Assembly (NCBI RefSeq): GCF_001194135.2
Contig: NC_068982.1
Location: forward strand, 50,718,587-50,779,620
DNA length: 61,034 nt
Direction: 5' to 3'
From: Octopus bimaculoides
Taxonomy: Eukaryota
Below, in pieces: positions 38,521 through 52,069 of the stretch. Position numbers and translations under genes: made by a program. The notes beneath the pieces are model-generated. The model did not search any database. It had not been told where the DNA came from and saw only the letters and a program-made list of their open reading frames with translations. Numbering within the stretch: the stretch's first letter is position 1; the number at the start of each line of letters is the position of its first letter.

Positions 38521-39314
38521 ATTTATTCTATTTATTTATCTATTTTTGTATTTATTTCGTTACATAATTATATGCACACATTTGCATATATTCATAAGTC
38601 GAAAATCATAACTTATTAAATACCTAAGCTTGAAATCAAATAGAAGAAATATTTATAAAAAAACATAGCCTACAAACTTTTTTCTCCCCACAGCTACGTT
38701 GAATTTTTTAAATAGTAATCAAATAAGAACAATTAATTACTGCTGACCAACTAACATTTTCACCTAGCTATATCTTTTTGTGAGCCTTAAAGCACATTCT
38801 TCCTTTCTTCTTGGGAGAGTTTAAATGTACTTATAAAAATATGTCCTTCTGTCGAAATGTAATTTCAGTAAATTTCTATATCTTTGTGCCGCTGAGGATT
38901 GCTCTGCATTTTACATTTGATGTAATGTTCACATTGCTTAAATAAATGGAGTCGCATGAAACGATCGAACTGCATTAACTTTGGATATCCTCCTNNNNNN
39001 NNNNNNNNNNNNNNNNNNNNNNNNNNNNNNNNNNNNNNNNNNNNNNNNNNNNNNNNNNNCCGTGGGTATTTTGGTTGAAAGTTTGGGATCTTTTAGATAC
39101 TTTCTATTTCACTTGGTTAGTGTAATGCTGTAATGTAAGTGTTTATGTATATTTTGTGAATAGTTCATCGTGAAGGCGTAGGTGAGGTATTTTTATGTTT
39201 GGCTGTTTAAAAAAACTATTCTTATAAATTAAAATTACGAAGAACGTAAACAAACAAACGAAGTTTGCTTTTTTAGAAGCGCTGAGATGTCTTAGAATGT
39301 TAAAGAAGTGATTT

Positions 39315-39456
39315 TAAATTCTCAAACGCAGGATAATGCTAATAATATAGCCTGAACAGGATAAACTACCCCTATTTTGCAGAAAAAAGTGTAGGCGGCC
39401 AGTAGTTTATCCTGTTCAGGCTATGTTATTAGCATTATCCTGCGTTTGAGAATTTA
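39315..39456. repeat. 142-bp foldback (55-bp arms, 32-nt spacer), possible tiny MITE
   Basis: 39315-39369 pairs with 39402-39456 with a single U.G pair. Confidence 0.92.
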
Positions 39457-40449
39457 TTTTTATAAAATATATAAATTTTTAATTCTTATAAAATATCTTA
39501 AATTCATAGTTTCAGTTTAGAATTTGATTTCTAAATATGAGAATGTGGTAGAATACCACTGTTTTTCTATATATCAGTACGAAATTCGACTAGCATACAG
39601 TCATAGTGGATGCCTCCTGTTGATGAAGCGGAAACATATTGAAATCATGGCAGTACTGGGTATTTTTGTCCGCTGCTGATATCGTGTGCTTTTTAACACT
39701 ATACGCTTATATGAGATGATTTCTCAGAACGAATGCTGCAGTTTTATAATGTTTTATTTTTTATGTATGTCCACGTTAAGTCAGATATCAAGATTGCTAT
39801 TCGTTACTAATACAGTTTCAGTCACTAATAACTAACAACTTATTTAGTTTTGCAAAGAGGCAAACTAAATACGGTTTTTAATACAACATTCTTTTTAATA
39901 TAAGCCATTAAGCAAAGTATATATTCTTGCATAAGAATCATTCTAGAAAATACATGTCAATTTCCATGATTCAGTCAGTCCGTCAATGACAGTTTGTGAT
40001 TTCATAAATATTCTTCCTTTCAATAATATCTCTATTCATTCAAGATCGATATGCAAAACACCAGTAATATAAAACATTAGATTTTACGAAAATGATATTG
40101 TGCATAACGAAACAGTTAGTATCAAGCTGGAAAGATTTTATGCTAGGATTTACATACACCATTTACTTAGCTAAAGTAAGGTTGAAACCATAAGCATAAT
40201 CATGAGTCATGGACTCATGCTTAACGTAGCTTTTTGGATCGTTCCTAATCAGCAATAGTAGAAAAGTTACTCTATAAAAACAGAAAACCTTTCATATTTT
40301 TATCTCGTTCTTTGATCTTATCATTACATTTAATTATTTGTACGTTAGTTGTTTTAAAAGCAAATATTCATAATATACGGTAACCTTGGAAAAAAATCTT
40401 GTTCTTGTGATGATAAAAGGATAGACAGGCTAATGCTGGAAAGCCCACT

Positions 40450-40650
40450 GATTTAGGTACAAGGCCATCAGTTTTAAGGTGTAAAGGATAGTCGACACCG
40501 CCGACCTCAATATTTGACTGATACTTTATTTCGACCCCGAAAGGATGAAAGGCAAAGCTGAAAAGAGCTGTATATAATGCAGGTTGTTATTTTATTTTTC
40601 TTGGAGTTTACTCGACCTTCTGACAATTCTGCCAGCTCACCGACTTAATG
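40450..40650 (-). mobile_element. SINE family C, degenerate
   Basis: ttattt.cgaccccgaaaggatgaaaggcaaag and ttctgccagctcaccg. Confidence 0.7.
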
Positions 40651-41129
40651 CTAATGCTAAAATATTCGATATTATGCTAATACTAGAAATTTAGTAGGGA
40701 TGTTAATACAGGAAACAAAAGATGAGTCTCCGATAAGGCTTCGATCCACTTTCGTAGCTATTCAAATTTTCTTTGTAAAGACGTTGCAGATCACACTGCT
40801 TCTACTAATTTCTATAAAAATCTGTTGTAGAAATTCTTTGCATGAATTCCTCTGTTACTTTTTTTCTGAGGATTACCTAAAACACTGTGCCATCACTGTC
40901 TTTATCTTTGTTTCTAAGTAATCATTGCAACAGTTGTGGCGATTCTTAGTCCCAAGTCAGCCTTGATAGAGAAGACCTATAATTAATAACGCTCTTTGAG
41001 CACAGACAACTGTGTGGTTAAGCAGTTTGATTTACAAAAACATGATTCTAGATTCGAACCCACCGCACGAGATCAATACCACACCCACACACACACACAT
41101 ACACACATATGCATGATAATGTAAAGTTA

Positions 41130-41450
41130 GTGAAGGTGCATGGCTCAGTGTTTAGAATGTTAGGCTCATAATCATGAAGTAGTGAGTTCGATTCGCGGAC
41201 CGGACTGTGTGCCGTGTTCTTGAGCAAGACACTTTATTTCACATTGCTCCAGTTCACTCAGCTGTAGAAATGAGTTGTGACATCACTGGTGCCAAGCTGT
41301 ATCGGCCCTTGCCTTTCCCCTGGATGACATCGGAGAAGAGAGGCTGGTATGCATGAGACGACTGCTGGTCTTCCATAAACAAATTTGTACCTCGGAATGG
41401 AACTTTCTAGGTGCAATCCCACGGTCATTCATGACCAAAGCGGGACTTTA
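41130..41450 (+). mobile_element. tRNA-derived SINE, family D
   Basis: gtgaaggtgcatggctcagtg (A box), gagttcgattcgc (B box), ttgagcaagacactttatttcac body. Confidence 0.88.
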
Positions 41451-41514
41451 AATGTAAATTCTAACAGAGTTCAATAAATAATTCACATTTAGAGTAATAA
41501 TTCTTTGTACTATA

Positions 41515-41932
41515 GGCACAACGCTTGAAACTTAGTTGTGGCTGGTCCATTATATCGGCCCCGGAATGTAACTGGTACTTATTTCATCGATCCCGAAATT
41601 ATGATAGTCAAAAAGCAGCCTCGGCGGAATTTGAACTAAAAACGTAAATGCAGAGTAAATGCCACTAAGCATTTTATCTGGTGTAGTAATGATTCTTCCA
41701 GTTCGCCGCTTTTCGGTGTAATAAAGGTTTAAAATTTAAAATTTTGGAACAAGGCTAGTAATTTCTGGGGAGGGTGTCAGTCAATTACATCGACTCCGGT
41801 AGTCAACTGGTACTTATTTTATCGACCTCGAAAGGATGAAAGATAAAGTCGGCGGAAATTGAACTCAGAACAACGAAATGTCGCTAAGCATTTTACCCGG
41901 CACGGTTACGATTCTGCCGGCTAACCGCCTTG
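41515..41932 (-). mobile_element. Two adjacent same-orientation SINE family C copies (about 41515-41712 and 41745-41932)
   Basis: Each has caagg...ggtacttattt.atcga...gaaa..atga...cggcggaa.ttgaact...ctaagcattt. Confidence 0.85.
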
Positions 41933-42772
41933 CTTTCAGAGTAAGGATGAAATAACATATACAAAATGTTTTCAGGGACACAAAGTAAAGCAGTATGTGT
42001 AGATTTTAGACAAACTATATATACATATCAGACCATTGCCAACAGGCAAACATAAATCAAATAGAGAGGGTTATTTGTTTTATACACGTTAGTATTACCC
42101 ATAATTTGAACCAAAAGCTACCCAGATCACGCAAAACACCATAAAGAGTTTATAAATGGAAATATTTACATACAGAGAGAAACTACTTGAAGTTTTGCGA
42201 TGTTTCAGCTGGTTCCGATAGATTTGAATTCGAGTTCGAGGCAACTGTGGCGTATATAAAATCAATAACTTATTCCCACTGCTGTATCTCTGCCTACTGT
42301 GGATGTGTATACCTAATTTACCTTTATATCTACGTTAGCAGCATGGACCCATCTATAGGATGTTGTGTGGGGGAAGGAGAGAGTAAGAGAGAGAAGTAGA
42401 AAATATACAAATGAAGAATATTTTCAAGAATATTAGTACTTCCCATTTCGTCGAGATATGAATGAAGGATCAGAATGAAAATTATATACGTTTGGTAGTT
42501 CCATGATCAAAGAATTAATAGAGTTATAAGTAAAAGGTAAAGTACACTAGCAGATTTACAGATTCGATGATAATCCATGACAAAGGATAATAGTTACTAG
42601 TTCCATTTTTTAATAGAGAATGAATTAGGATTGAGGCGGAATAATACACTGCAGTGAGAAAGAAATATAGAACGGTAGATGCATGAGAGTAAATAGACAG
42701 ACTAGTCAGTATAGTGCTGGTGTGTTTTGCGAAAGGGATTAGGGGATACACACAAAAAAAACACACGCACGC

Positions 42773-42848
<76 letters not shown>

Positions 42849-43193
42849 NNNNNNNNNNNNNNNNNNNNNNNNNNNNNNNNNNNNNNNNNNNNNNNNNNNN
42901 NNNNNNNNNNNNNNNNNNNNNNNNNNNNNNNNNNNNNNNNNNNNNNNNNNNNNNNNNNNNNNNNNNNNNNNNNNNNNNNNNNNNNNNNNNNNNNNNNNNN
43001 NNNNNNNNNNNNNNNNNNNNNNNNNNNNNNNNNNNNNNNNNNNNNNNNNNNNNNNNNNNNNNNNNNNNNNNNNNNNNNNNNNNNNNNNNNNNNNNNNNNN
43101 NNNNNNNNNNNNNNNNNNNNNNNNNNNNNNNNNNNNNNNNNNNNNNNNNNNNNNNNNNNNNNNNNNNNNNNNNNNNNNNNNNNNNNNNNNNNN

Positions 43194-43263
<70 letters not shown>

Positions 43264-43814
43264 TGTATGTATGTATGTATGCATGTATGTATGAATGTAT
43301 GTATGTATGTATGTATGTATGTATGTATGTATGTATGTATGTATGTATGTATACAACGAGTGTTAATAATGAGGCTTTGTAAAGAAAGAGATTGCTCTTT
43401 CCAAGTTGCCGTCCCGGCCCTGAAGAGATCTCTTAAACTTGCTGTGAAGATTCTTGAAAGTTAAAGCCACTGGCGTTTTGGTTTCTTGGGTATTAGCCAG
43501 GGATTAGAGCAGCCGACCCGGTTATCAGCATGTGGGTTTATCAGCTGATTATAAACACAATAAATATTCTATAGTAAAACTAAATGAATGTTCTTCTATA
43601 CGTTTTTAAACCAAAGTACACATTCCACTTAAAGTGCGGAAGAGAAATTACGAAGATATGCGAAACTTATATAAACACTGGAATTTTAATCAAAACCAAC
43701 TACTTTTCAATGGTTGACCCTCACATTTATCAAATAGTATTCATAAAAGAAAATTAGAAAAGAGAAACTTAGTCAAATGTAGTTTTGGGAAATCTTAACT
43801 TCCAAAAGAAACTG

Positions 43815-44005
43815 AGTCAGCAGAACCGTTGGAGTGGCAGAAAACAATGCTCTTACAGTATTTGTTCTGGATTTTTATCTTTATGGTTTGAGTTCAATCT
43901 TGCCTTTCATCCCTCCGTGGTCGATAAAGTATAGTAGCTGTCAAGTATTGACTGGTACTTTATTAATCCCATCACCTTTAAAATTGCTGGCTTTGTGCCT
44001 TAATT
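43815..44005 (+). mobile_element. SINE family C, degenerate
   Basis: cagcagaaccgttgg...gagttcaatcttgcctttcatccctccgtggtcgataaag...aaattgctggctttgtgcct. Confidence 0.7.
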
Positions 44006-44075
44006 AATAACTAATCAGAAACCAATTAATAACACATTATACATTGTCTGCTTTATGGTATCCTTTATATGGTAT

Positions 44076-44459
44076 GTGGAGGTGCAATGGCCCAGTGGTT
44101 AGGGCAGCGGACTCGTGGTCATAGGATCGCGGTTTCGATTCCCAGACCGGGCGTTGTGAGTGTTTATTGAGCGAAAACACCTAAAGCTCGACGAAGCTCC
44201 GGCAGGGGATGGTGTCGAACCCTGCTGTACTCTTTCACCACAACTTTCTCTCACTTTTACTTCCTGTTTCTGTTATGCCTGTAATTCAAAGGGTCAGCCT
44301 TGTCACACTGTGTCACGCTGAATATCCCCGAGAACTACGTTAAGGGTACACGTGTCTGTGGAGTGCTCAGCCACTTGCACGCTAATTTCACGAGCAGGCT
44401 GTTCCGTTGATCGGATCAACTGGAACCCTCGACGTCGTAAGCGACGGAGTGCCAACAAC
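44076..44459 (+). mobile_element. tRNA-derived SINE, family B, full-length and young
   Basis: tggcccagtgg (A box), ggtttcgattccc (B box), (CAA)n tail; roughly 93-94% identical to 60037-60423. Confidence 0.95.
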
Positions 44460-44494
44460 CATTATACAATATATCCTTCACAAGGAGTACCCCC

Positions 44495-44830
44495 AATACA
44501 GCCGGACATGACGAACGGGTGCGCGGAAAGAAAATGTCTGAGAAATTCTTTACTAAGCACTTGATTAATTAATGACTCCATAGCCTGTGTGGTGTGTTAG
44601 ATCCTTGGAAGCATTCTATTTATAACAATCAAATAAATTGCAATCCACCCTGGTACCCCTGTACATGATGAACGGGTACGCTGAAAGAAAAAAAATCTGA
44701 GAAATTGTTTACTAAAGATTTAATTAGTAAAATTATTTGATAGCCTGTATGGTATGTTACATAATTAGTCTTACATGCAAGGCATACTTATATAGATCCT
44801 CGGAAGCATTCTATTTATAACAATCATAAA
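44495..44830. repeat. Diverged local tandem duplication (two copies of about 150-180 bp)
   Basis: gacatgacgaacgggtgcgcggaaagaaaa..ctgagaaatt..tttactaa...atagcctgt.tgg...agatcct.ggaagcattctatttataacaatca occurs at about 44500 and about 44660; the second copy has an insertion of about 30 bp. Confidence 0.85.
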
Positions 44831-46455
44831 AATCCCAACCCACCCCAAATTCTTACCACAACACAATGTTTATGATACATTGTATGACGCACACAGTAAG
44901 GTGATTATTTGATTATAATGTTTACCACCTTTGGTATTAGATTTAATCTACTCTGAGTATGTAAACATACTTAGTCTTACTATGAAATTTGTTTCAGCTT
45001 AAAAACCAAATAAATGTTAACATATGATCAGGAACAAGACTATCGTGTCTATCACAGTTTTTTTACTGTTTACATTTACAGGAGAATTATAGAACTTTTC
45101 TCTTTAGTTTTCGTTTTAACTTAATGCAAATTTCATTTGTTTTTCTCATTTTCTCTTTCCCATTTTATATATATATATTTTTTATCCCTCATTTCTTTCT
45201 TCTCACTTCCCACTTTACTTTATCTTTCTCTCACATTCTGTCTTTCAGTTACTCTCTTTCTACACACACATGCACACACACATATCTATACACACACACG
45301 TGTCTATATGTTTGTGTACACAGACACACATGTCTGTGTGTGTGTGTACAGAGAAACAGACAGACAAGAGGAGAGAGAGATGTCTGTAAGTTGAGTGTGA
45401 GTGTGGGGTGGGATGGGAGTGCGTGTGCATTTATTCATTCCTTCTTGGGAGTCTTCGAAATTGTAAATACTTCAAAGACTAACGTATATAATGTCTAATA
45501 ACATTTCTTTTATATAAACACGCACACAAACAGAGACACATACACGCATACATAATACATAAATATTAGCAAATATAAGCAAGCATACATACATGTATAC
45601 ATACATACATACATACATACATGAGTGCACTCACACACACACACACGTATATATATACTTGCGTATGTATATTCATATATGTATGTATGTATGCATGTAT
45701 GTATGCATGTATGTATGCATGTATGTATGCATGTATGTATGTCTTTCTGTATATACATCATTAATTCTATTTCTTTATTTTAAAGACAGTCTTCCTTTCC
45801 TGTGTCCCCGCAGTTTTTCAGATTAGATATTGTCAGCATGTTTCGCGCTTGGCTGATTCTATAGAGCTTTCCTGTCATCCCGATACATGGATCCCAGAGG
45901 AAATATGATAACAATTTGTAGAAAGTTTCCTATCCTCCATTTTTCATATACTTTACTTGCTAATCTTGCCTAATAATGAGACTAGCAATCCCTTTCGATA
46001 AACTATGTGTCAAAATACTTTCTTATCTCTCTAAGAATTTCTCCACTATTCCAGATAAAATGATTAAATGATGGCAGTATAAAGCCCGTTCAATAGCCTT
46101 ATATTAGATACTTCTATCATGTTCTGTTTTAATTCATTTTCTTTTTCTTCCATCTTCAGTGAAATTGATTGACATAAGCGATCGGACGACAGAAACGATA
46201 GAAAGTGTTTTAGTTCCTCGTTTATTACAAGTCCAAATTTTAGTAAGAGTTAAAATGATTTTGTCGACTCTTTCAACAAACGATTTTACACCTAGTTTTT
46301 TTATGTAGACACAAGTCTGTCCCAAAAATCGCTTTTGGTCAAAGACCTTCCAGCTATGACCATCCTATCTTTTATTTCCCAACAGGATTGTCTTACGGGA
46401 TTTATCGAATTAATTGGATACCCCACTCCCCCCTTGTGCCTGAGTTAGAAATTGC

Positions 46456-46522
<67 letters not shown>

Positions 46523-47044
46523 GTCTTTGCACAGCTTCTAACGCTGGAGATGTACTACGGTGTCAGCTGTTCTCTACCCTTAGTTTTCGAGCACCATCAA
46601 TGAATCCGACCAGTCCCCTCCCCCAAAATTTCGCGTGTTGTACCTAAGTAGAAAGGATTGTAAGATAGGTGTATTTATGTATTCATATATACATACACAC
46701 ATGCAATGACGTAGTACGTGCTCGCCAGACCTGTTTGCAAACAGCAGTCACATCTTGCACCAATCACATATTGGATGATGGAGACCCACACGCAACACGT
46801 CTAAGAAAAACAAAATCAAGATATTCATAATTGGAATGCTTTTGATCATAGACCTGTTTGTTAGGAGTTGACATGGGACTCAACAACAACATGAAGACCA
46901 TTTAAGCACTCCTACATTATTTCCAACAAACAATAATATTCTTATGGGATATTCACATGAAATTTTCTTTGCTTAAATGTTTTGTTGACGTTCGTGAGGT
47001 CAGAACTTAGAATTGCTTTCATAGCAGACAATTATTTCATATTG

Positions 47045-47084
<40 letters not shown>

Positions 47085-47316
47085 GAAAAAATAAACGTTA
47101 CGTGGTAGTGTTCGTAATTTCAAATCTCTTCATTCGTTCGGTATATTCCACGGCTTTGATTAACTTTCGTTTGTTACATACACACGCACACACACACACA
47201 AACACACACACACACAAACACACAGATACACACAAACACACACACATCCACATGTATATATATATATAGTTTTTATAAGTATTCTCTTTTTCTCTTTCTC
47301 TCTTTTTCTCTCTCTG

Positions 47317-47394
<78 letters not shown>

Positions 47395-47987
47395 GTATTT
47401 ATAAATACTTCTGTGCTTTGATGTCGAATAGTCCATAGGATTTGTTAATATAACTCTATTGTGATATTATCAATATAAGATGAAATGGAGCTCATCTTTT
47501 AGATCTTCATGTCTCGCGCGGGCATTTGGAATAAATAATTCAGACAGACATAATTATTTAATATTCATATAAATATAAGATAAATACCGTACATAACCAT
47601 TTAAAGCCATCATTTTACTTAGTTCCTATATTTATTTAGATGTTCTTTAATTTCACGAGAAAGCATAGTCGTCATATCGCAGCAGTACCTTTATGATATT
47701 AATTCTATCACTATCAAAAATATATATAAATACTGTAAGGTCTCTTGTTTGATAACCTTCTATGTTTCATTCACTGTGTTTTGCATTATTATAATTTTAG
47801 TAATATTAAAAGGCTTGTGCGGTCAGTTTCTCATTGGAAATTTTACCTTTTCATTGTAAGTAAAATACATTTAAAGACGCGCCTTATAGAAGAAGTCGGT
47901 ACCTTACGATAGTTACAAGCACACACACACTCACATATGTGTGTATATATATATGTATGTATGTATGTATGTATGCATGTATATACG

Positions 47988-48022
<35 letters not shown>

Positions 48023-48035
48023 GCATATAATAGGA

Positions 48036-48076
<41 letters not shown>

Positions 48077-48248
48077 ACGGGTTTAGTACACACTTTTAGT
48101 AAAGTAGCTTTTTACTCATTCCACATTAACTTTGGGCAAGAAAACACAAATACATTTACATACCTGCGTGATACCATTGAATATCATATTTGTAAACACT
48201 TATTTACCACAGCATTGTATTGAAGCCAATGCATATGCGTTTGTGTAT

Positions 48249-48296
<48 letters not shown>

Positions 48297-48489
48297 TTGC
48301 ATACACACACACACACACTCAAACAAAATATTTTGAATACTGCCTAGTGCAACTTTCTCCTCGAGAAGCAACATGACTTATCAATCCAGCTTTCTAGTAT
48401 GATATTGTCAATATGTGATCAAATGAAGTTGTTTATCCTTGGATCTTTAAGTCTCAAGTACACCAAAATATATATTTATTTAGATATAG

Positions 48490-48770
48490 GAGTGTAGCTT
48501 AGAGGTTTGTGATTTTGGTTCACCATCGTAGGGTCTTAAGTCCGATTCCCAGCGGCGTGTTGTGTCCTTGAGCAAGACATTTTATTTCACGTTGCTGCAG
48601 TCTTATCACATTTTCTATGTCACGCTGAATTCCCCTGAGAACTATATTAAGGGTAAGCATTTCTGTGGAATGCTCAACAGCTTGCCGTTAATTTTACAGA
48701 CAGCCTGTTCTATTTATCGAATCAACTGGAGTCTTCATCGTCGTAAGCGACGGAGTACCCAGCCACAAGC
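48490..48770 (+). mobile_element. Chimeric SINE: family D-like head with family B 3' tail
   Basis: ttgagcaagacattttatttcacgttgc (D) joined to gtcacgctgaattcccctgagaacta...cgtcgtaagcgacggagt (B). Confidence 0.75.
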
Positions 48771-48789
48771 CTGAGATTTGTGTGGAGCA

Positions 48790-48963
48790 TAATAGTCGAT
48801 TACATCGCCCCTAATGCTCAACTTGTACTCATTTTATCGAATCCGACAGGATGAAAGGCAAGGTTGACTTCGATGGAATTTGCGCTCAGAAGTTTAGATA
48901 AGGCTAGATGAAATGCCGCTAAACGCTTTGTCCGGCTTGCTAACGATTCTGTCAGCTCGCTGT
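48790..48963 (-). mobile_element. SINE family C
   Basis: ttttatcgaatccgacaggatgaaaggcaaggttgacttcg...gattctgtcagctcgc. Confidence 0.82.
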
Positions 48964-49499
48964 CTTTCATTGTAATACGATGATTATAGCACATACTTCA
49001 AAATATTTCACTGTTAATATTAGAGTAAGACACACTGTACATATCTAAGGTTCTAAGTATCTGTATTTTCAACTGTGTCAAGGTGGGATACGAAATATTA
49101 TTATTATTGAAATATTTAGATGTGCATCCCTCTACACATACTTTTCAGGTGCTGAACAAATTCGTTTCTTCTTGAGAGGATCTCCCCTGATTGTGCTTCG
49201 CTATTCTATTGTGTTTGCTCCATTTCAGCCCAGGTTTCTCATTCTTTATAGCTATATCATGGTCATCAATCCTAAGCGTTCCACGAGTTGAGCCCAAGGC
49301 CATATGATCCTGAGCCCAGCACTCTAACTATTCTGCCGTTCATTTTCAGAATATAGTAGTCGTCACTTGCAAGAAAATGTGACTTGAGAGCTTGTACCAC
49401 GCTTTTGCAAATTGTTATATGTTCCTATGAAATCGTGAGCAGACAGGATCCCCTACTCAGTCGTCTCACCGTTCAACGGGGGAACACTGAGGATACGAG

Positions 49500-49680
49500 A
49501 GCTAGAGGGAGAAAAGGTTATACAAGCACTCAGCTCCTACACATTTCGGCTGAATAGATTGGAACAGTGAGAAATGAAGTGCTTCACTGAAGGAGAAAAC
49601 GCGCTGTCTAGTTCAGGAATCGATCCACAAACTTATGATCTTGTGACCAACGTTATAATCACCAGGCCACGTGCTTTCAC
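49500..49680 (-). mobile_element. Degenerate SINE 5' part (B/D/E-type head)
   Basis: Minus head gtgaaagcacgtggcctggtg...ggatcgattcctgaact. Confidence 0.55.
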
Positions 49681-49853
49681 ATCTAATTATCTAGATTGTA
49701 ATATACACTACTGGTAATTTTATTGTGTGCGACTTCGAAGTTTCGCCGGTAAAATTCTCGTCAGAGACTAATATGTTTGCATATATATATATATATGCAT
49801 GTGTATGTATGTAAGTGTAGGCATGTTTACATGTATGTATGTATGTATGTATG

Positions 49854-49888
<35 letters not shown>

Positions 49889-50321
49889 ATCTATGTAGGT
49901 ATGTATGCACGTATAAATATATATATATTGTAGATATGTGTGTGTGTGTGCGTGTGCGTGTGTGTGTGTGTGTGGATTTCCCTGTTCTTGCATCCAATTA
50001 ACTTGTCCCCCTTTTCGCAGTCATTGTGATCAAATTGTCTTATTGAGAAACTATTCTAGTAGCAATTGAACATTTTTTGAGAAACTTTACCATATTTTGT
50101 ACGTAACAGAAAGTCATCTGACTTTTCGTGTTAATAAATATACTGATCTTCATGCTTATAATTTTACACAGAATAGGGAAAAGAGATACGCATTGTGAAA
50201 TAAATATACTTCACTTTAGATTCATGCTTCTCGTTTTACAATGCTGTTGTAACAAATTAAAAACCAAAACTTGTTAGTAAATAGAAAGTCATGTGTCTAT
50301 TTACTATACATTTGTTTTTTA

Positions 50322-50554
50322 TCATTTTCTATCTTTTATTTGTTTCAGTCATTAGACTGCGGTCATGCTGGGGCACCGCCTTGAATAATTTCTTTGTTAA
50401 ACGAATTGACCTTAGTATTTATTTATTTTTTAAAGCCTGGTACTTATTCTATCGGTGTCTTTTTGCTGAACCGTTCATGTTACGGGTACGTGAACATACC
50501 ATCACCGGTTTTGAAGTAGTGGTGGGGAGACAAACACAGATACCAAGGCAAACA

Positions 50555-50596
<42 letters not shown>

Positions 50597-50755
50597 GCAC
50601 GCACGCACACACGCACACACACATACACATATGTATGCATGTATGTATGTTTGTGTGTATGTACATAGCAAAGCTTTGGTCGGGTGGCGACAAAATTAAA
50701 AGACACTTGATTAAGTTCCCACGTAGTGTCACTGAACCTGAATCCATATGGTTGG
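50322..50755 (-). mobile_element. SINE family A, near full-length, expanded (CA)n centre
   Basis: ttttatttgtttcagtcattagactgcggtcatgctggggcaccgcc ... actgaacctgaatccatatggtt. Confidence 0.9.
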
Positions 50756-50774
50756 AGAAAAGGTCATCAATACT

Positions 50775-51095
50775 AATATGTTAATATCTAATTCAATATT
50801 CGCAAGAAGAAAGAGAAATAAGGTTGCCGCGATGAGGTTGCCGCGGAGAATGACCACTGACACTCGATGCAGCAGCCACTCCACCTCGCGGGGCTTATTT
50901 TTCCAATGAGCCACCGTTAACCCTATTTTGCGGAGGAGATAGTTAGTACGAGGTCCTAGAACATCTGACGTCTCGACGGCGACCAGCACAAACTGATTGA
51001 GCCAGTCAGGCCACTGTATTTATTGAATTGTTTCCTTCTGCGTTACGGGCAGCGATATTCGAATAAGGATTAAAAGACGTAAAAGCGAATAGTCG
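50775..51095 (-). mobile_element. Second CRE-clade (RLE) retrotransposon 3' fragment
   Basis: NIAARNAEG..KYSGLTGSIS.VLVAVETSDVLGPRTNYLLRKIG....KPREVEWLLHRVSVVILRGNL...NIEL; homologous to 25290-25545. Confidence 0.75.
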
Positions 51096-52069
51096 AGGAC
51101 TAACTAAGTAAATGGGAAAAGGATTACGGAAAAGAAAAATAGCAGCTTGCGTGAATCTTCACACGTTAGTGCCTTCATTTAAGTAGAAGTGATATTAAGA
51201 GGTTATGTCAAATAACACGAAGAAAATACAAGTAAAAATCATGTGTGAAAACCCCGCCAAAATGCTGCGTGGTACAGATCGTCAGAATCTTCACATATGT
51301 CAAAGATAACTTCATTGTTTTTCTTGGTAAGTTTTGTTATCAGCCGAAAAATCTTAAACAGATCAAGAAAAGAAATCTATGGTTGTTTATTTTCTAGCTC
51401 CATCGTTTATTAATAATGTTTGAAGTTTCTGAAGAATATTAGTTAAAGATGTTATGATTACAAGATTATACTATGTCTATGTATTTGAGGATATCTCAAG
51501 TGTTTTGCGCTCTTTAATATTATAAATAAGGCGTTTTTGTTGTTTTGTTTTCACAAAACTTCTCACATTCTTGGTAGGTTTCAAATTGATCATTTCACTT
51601 TCATAATTATTTTTTTCTGGAAGTTTGTTTAGTAAGAACCGCTTTTTTAGAGACTCGATATATGCTTTACCGTAAACATTCTATTGTTTTGTTCTTGTCA
51701 TCAGTAAAAATTAATTTAAATCCAGTAACATTATATCTCTGAAAGAGTAAAAAAAGATGATGAAAAAATTCGTAAAGCAATTTGTTTTGAAACACTTTGC
51801 ATTGAACAAAAACTATCTAATTATATTAGACCAAATACGCCTTTTTTGAGCTCCACATAAATTCAGTTTTCTGAAGTATAATAATTACAACATATGCTAT
51901 AATTACAACATTGCGTCAATGTATTCGAAATATGTGTAGCACATATTTTATGGTAAGCATAGCTTTCCGCTTTCATCTGTATTACGGTAAAAGCAGCTTC
52001 GCGTTTCGCTCACGAACGACTTTTCTCGATATTTAAACATTCAACTATGTAACTAATATTTTGTAACCA

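Noticed and set aside
43410-43465. CUGAAGA...GAAA hammerhead candidate
   Set aside because: Stem II is out of register and there is no stem III or cleavage site.
78-50747. Dozens of ORFs rich in I, Y-I, H-T, C-V, D, S or X
   Set aside because: They are translations of microsatellites or of N gaps, not genes.
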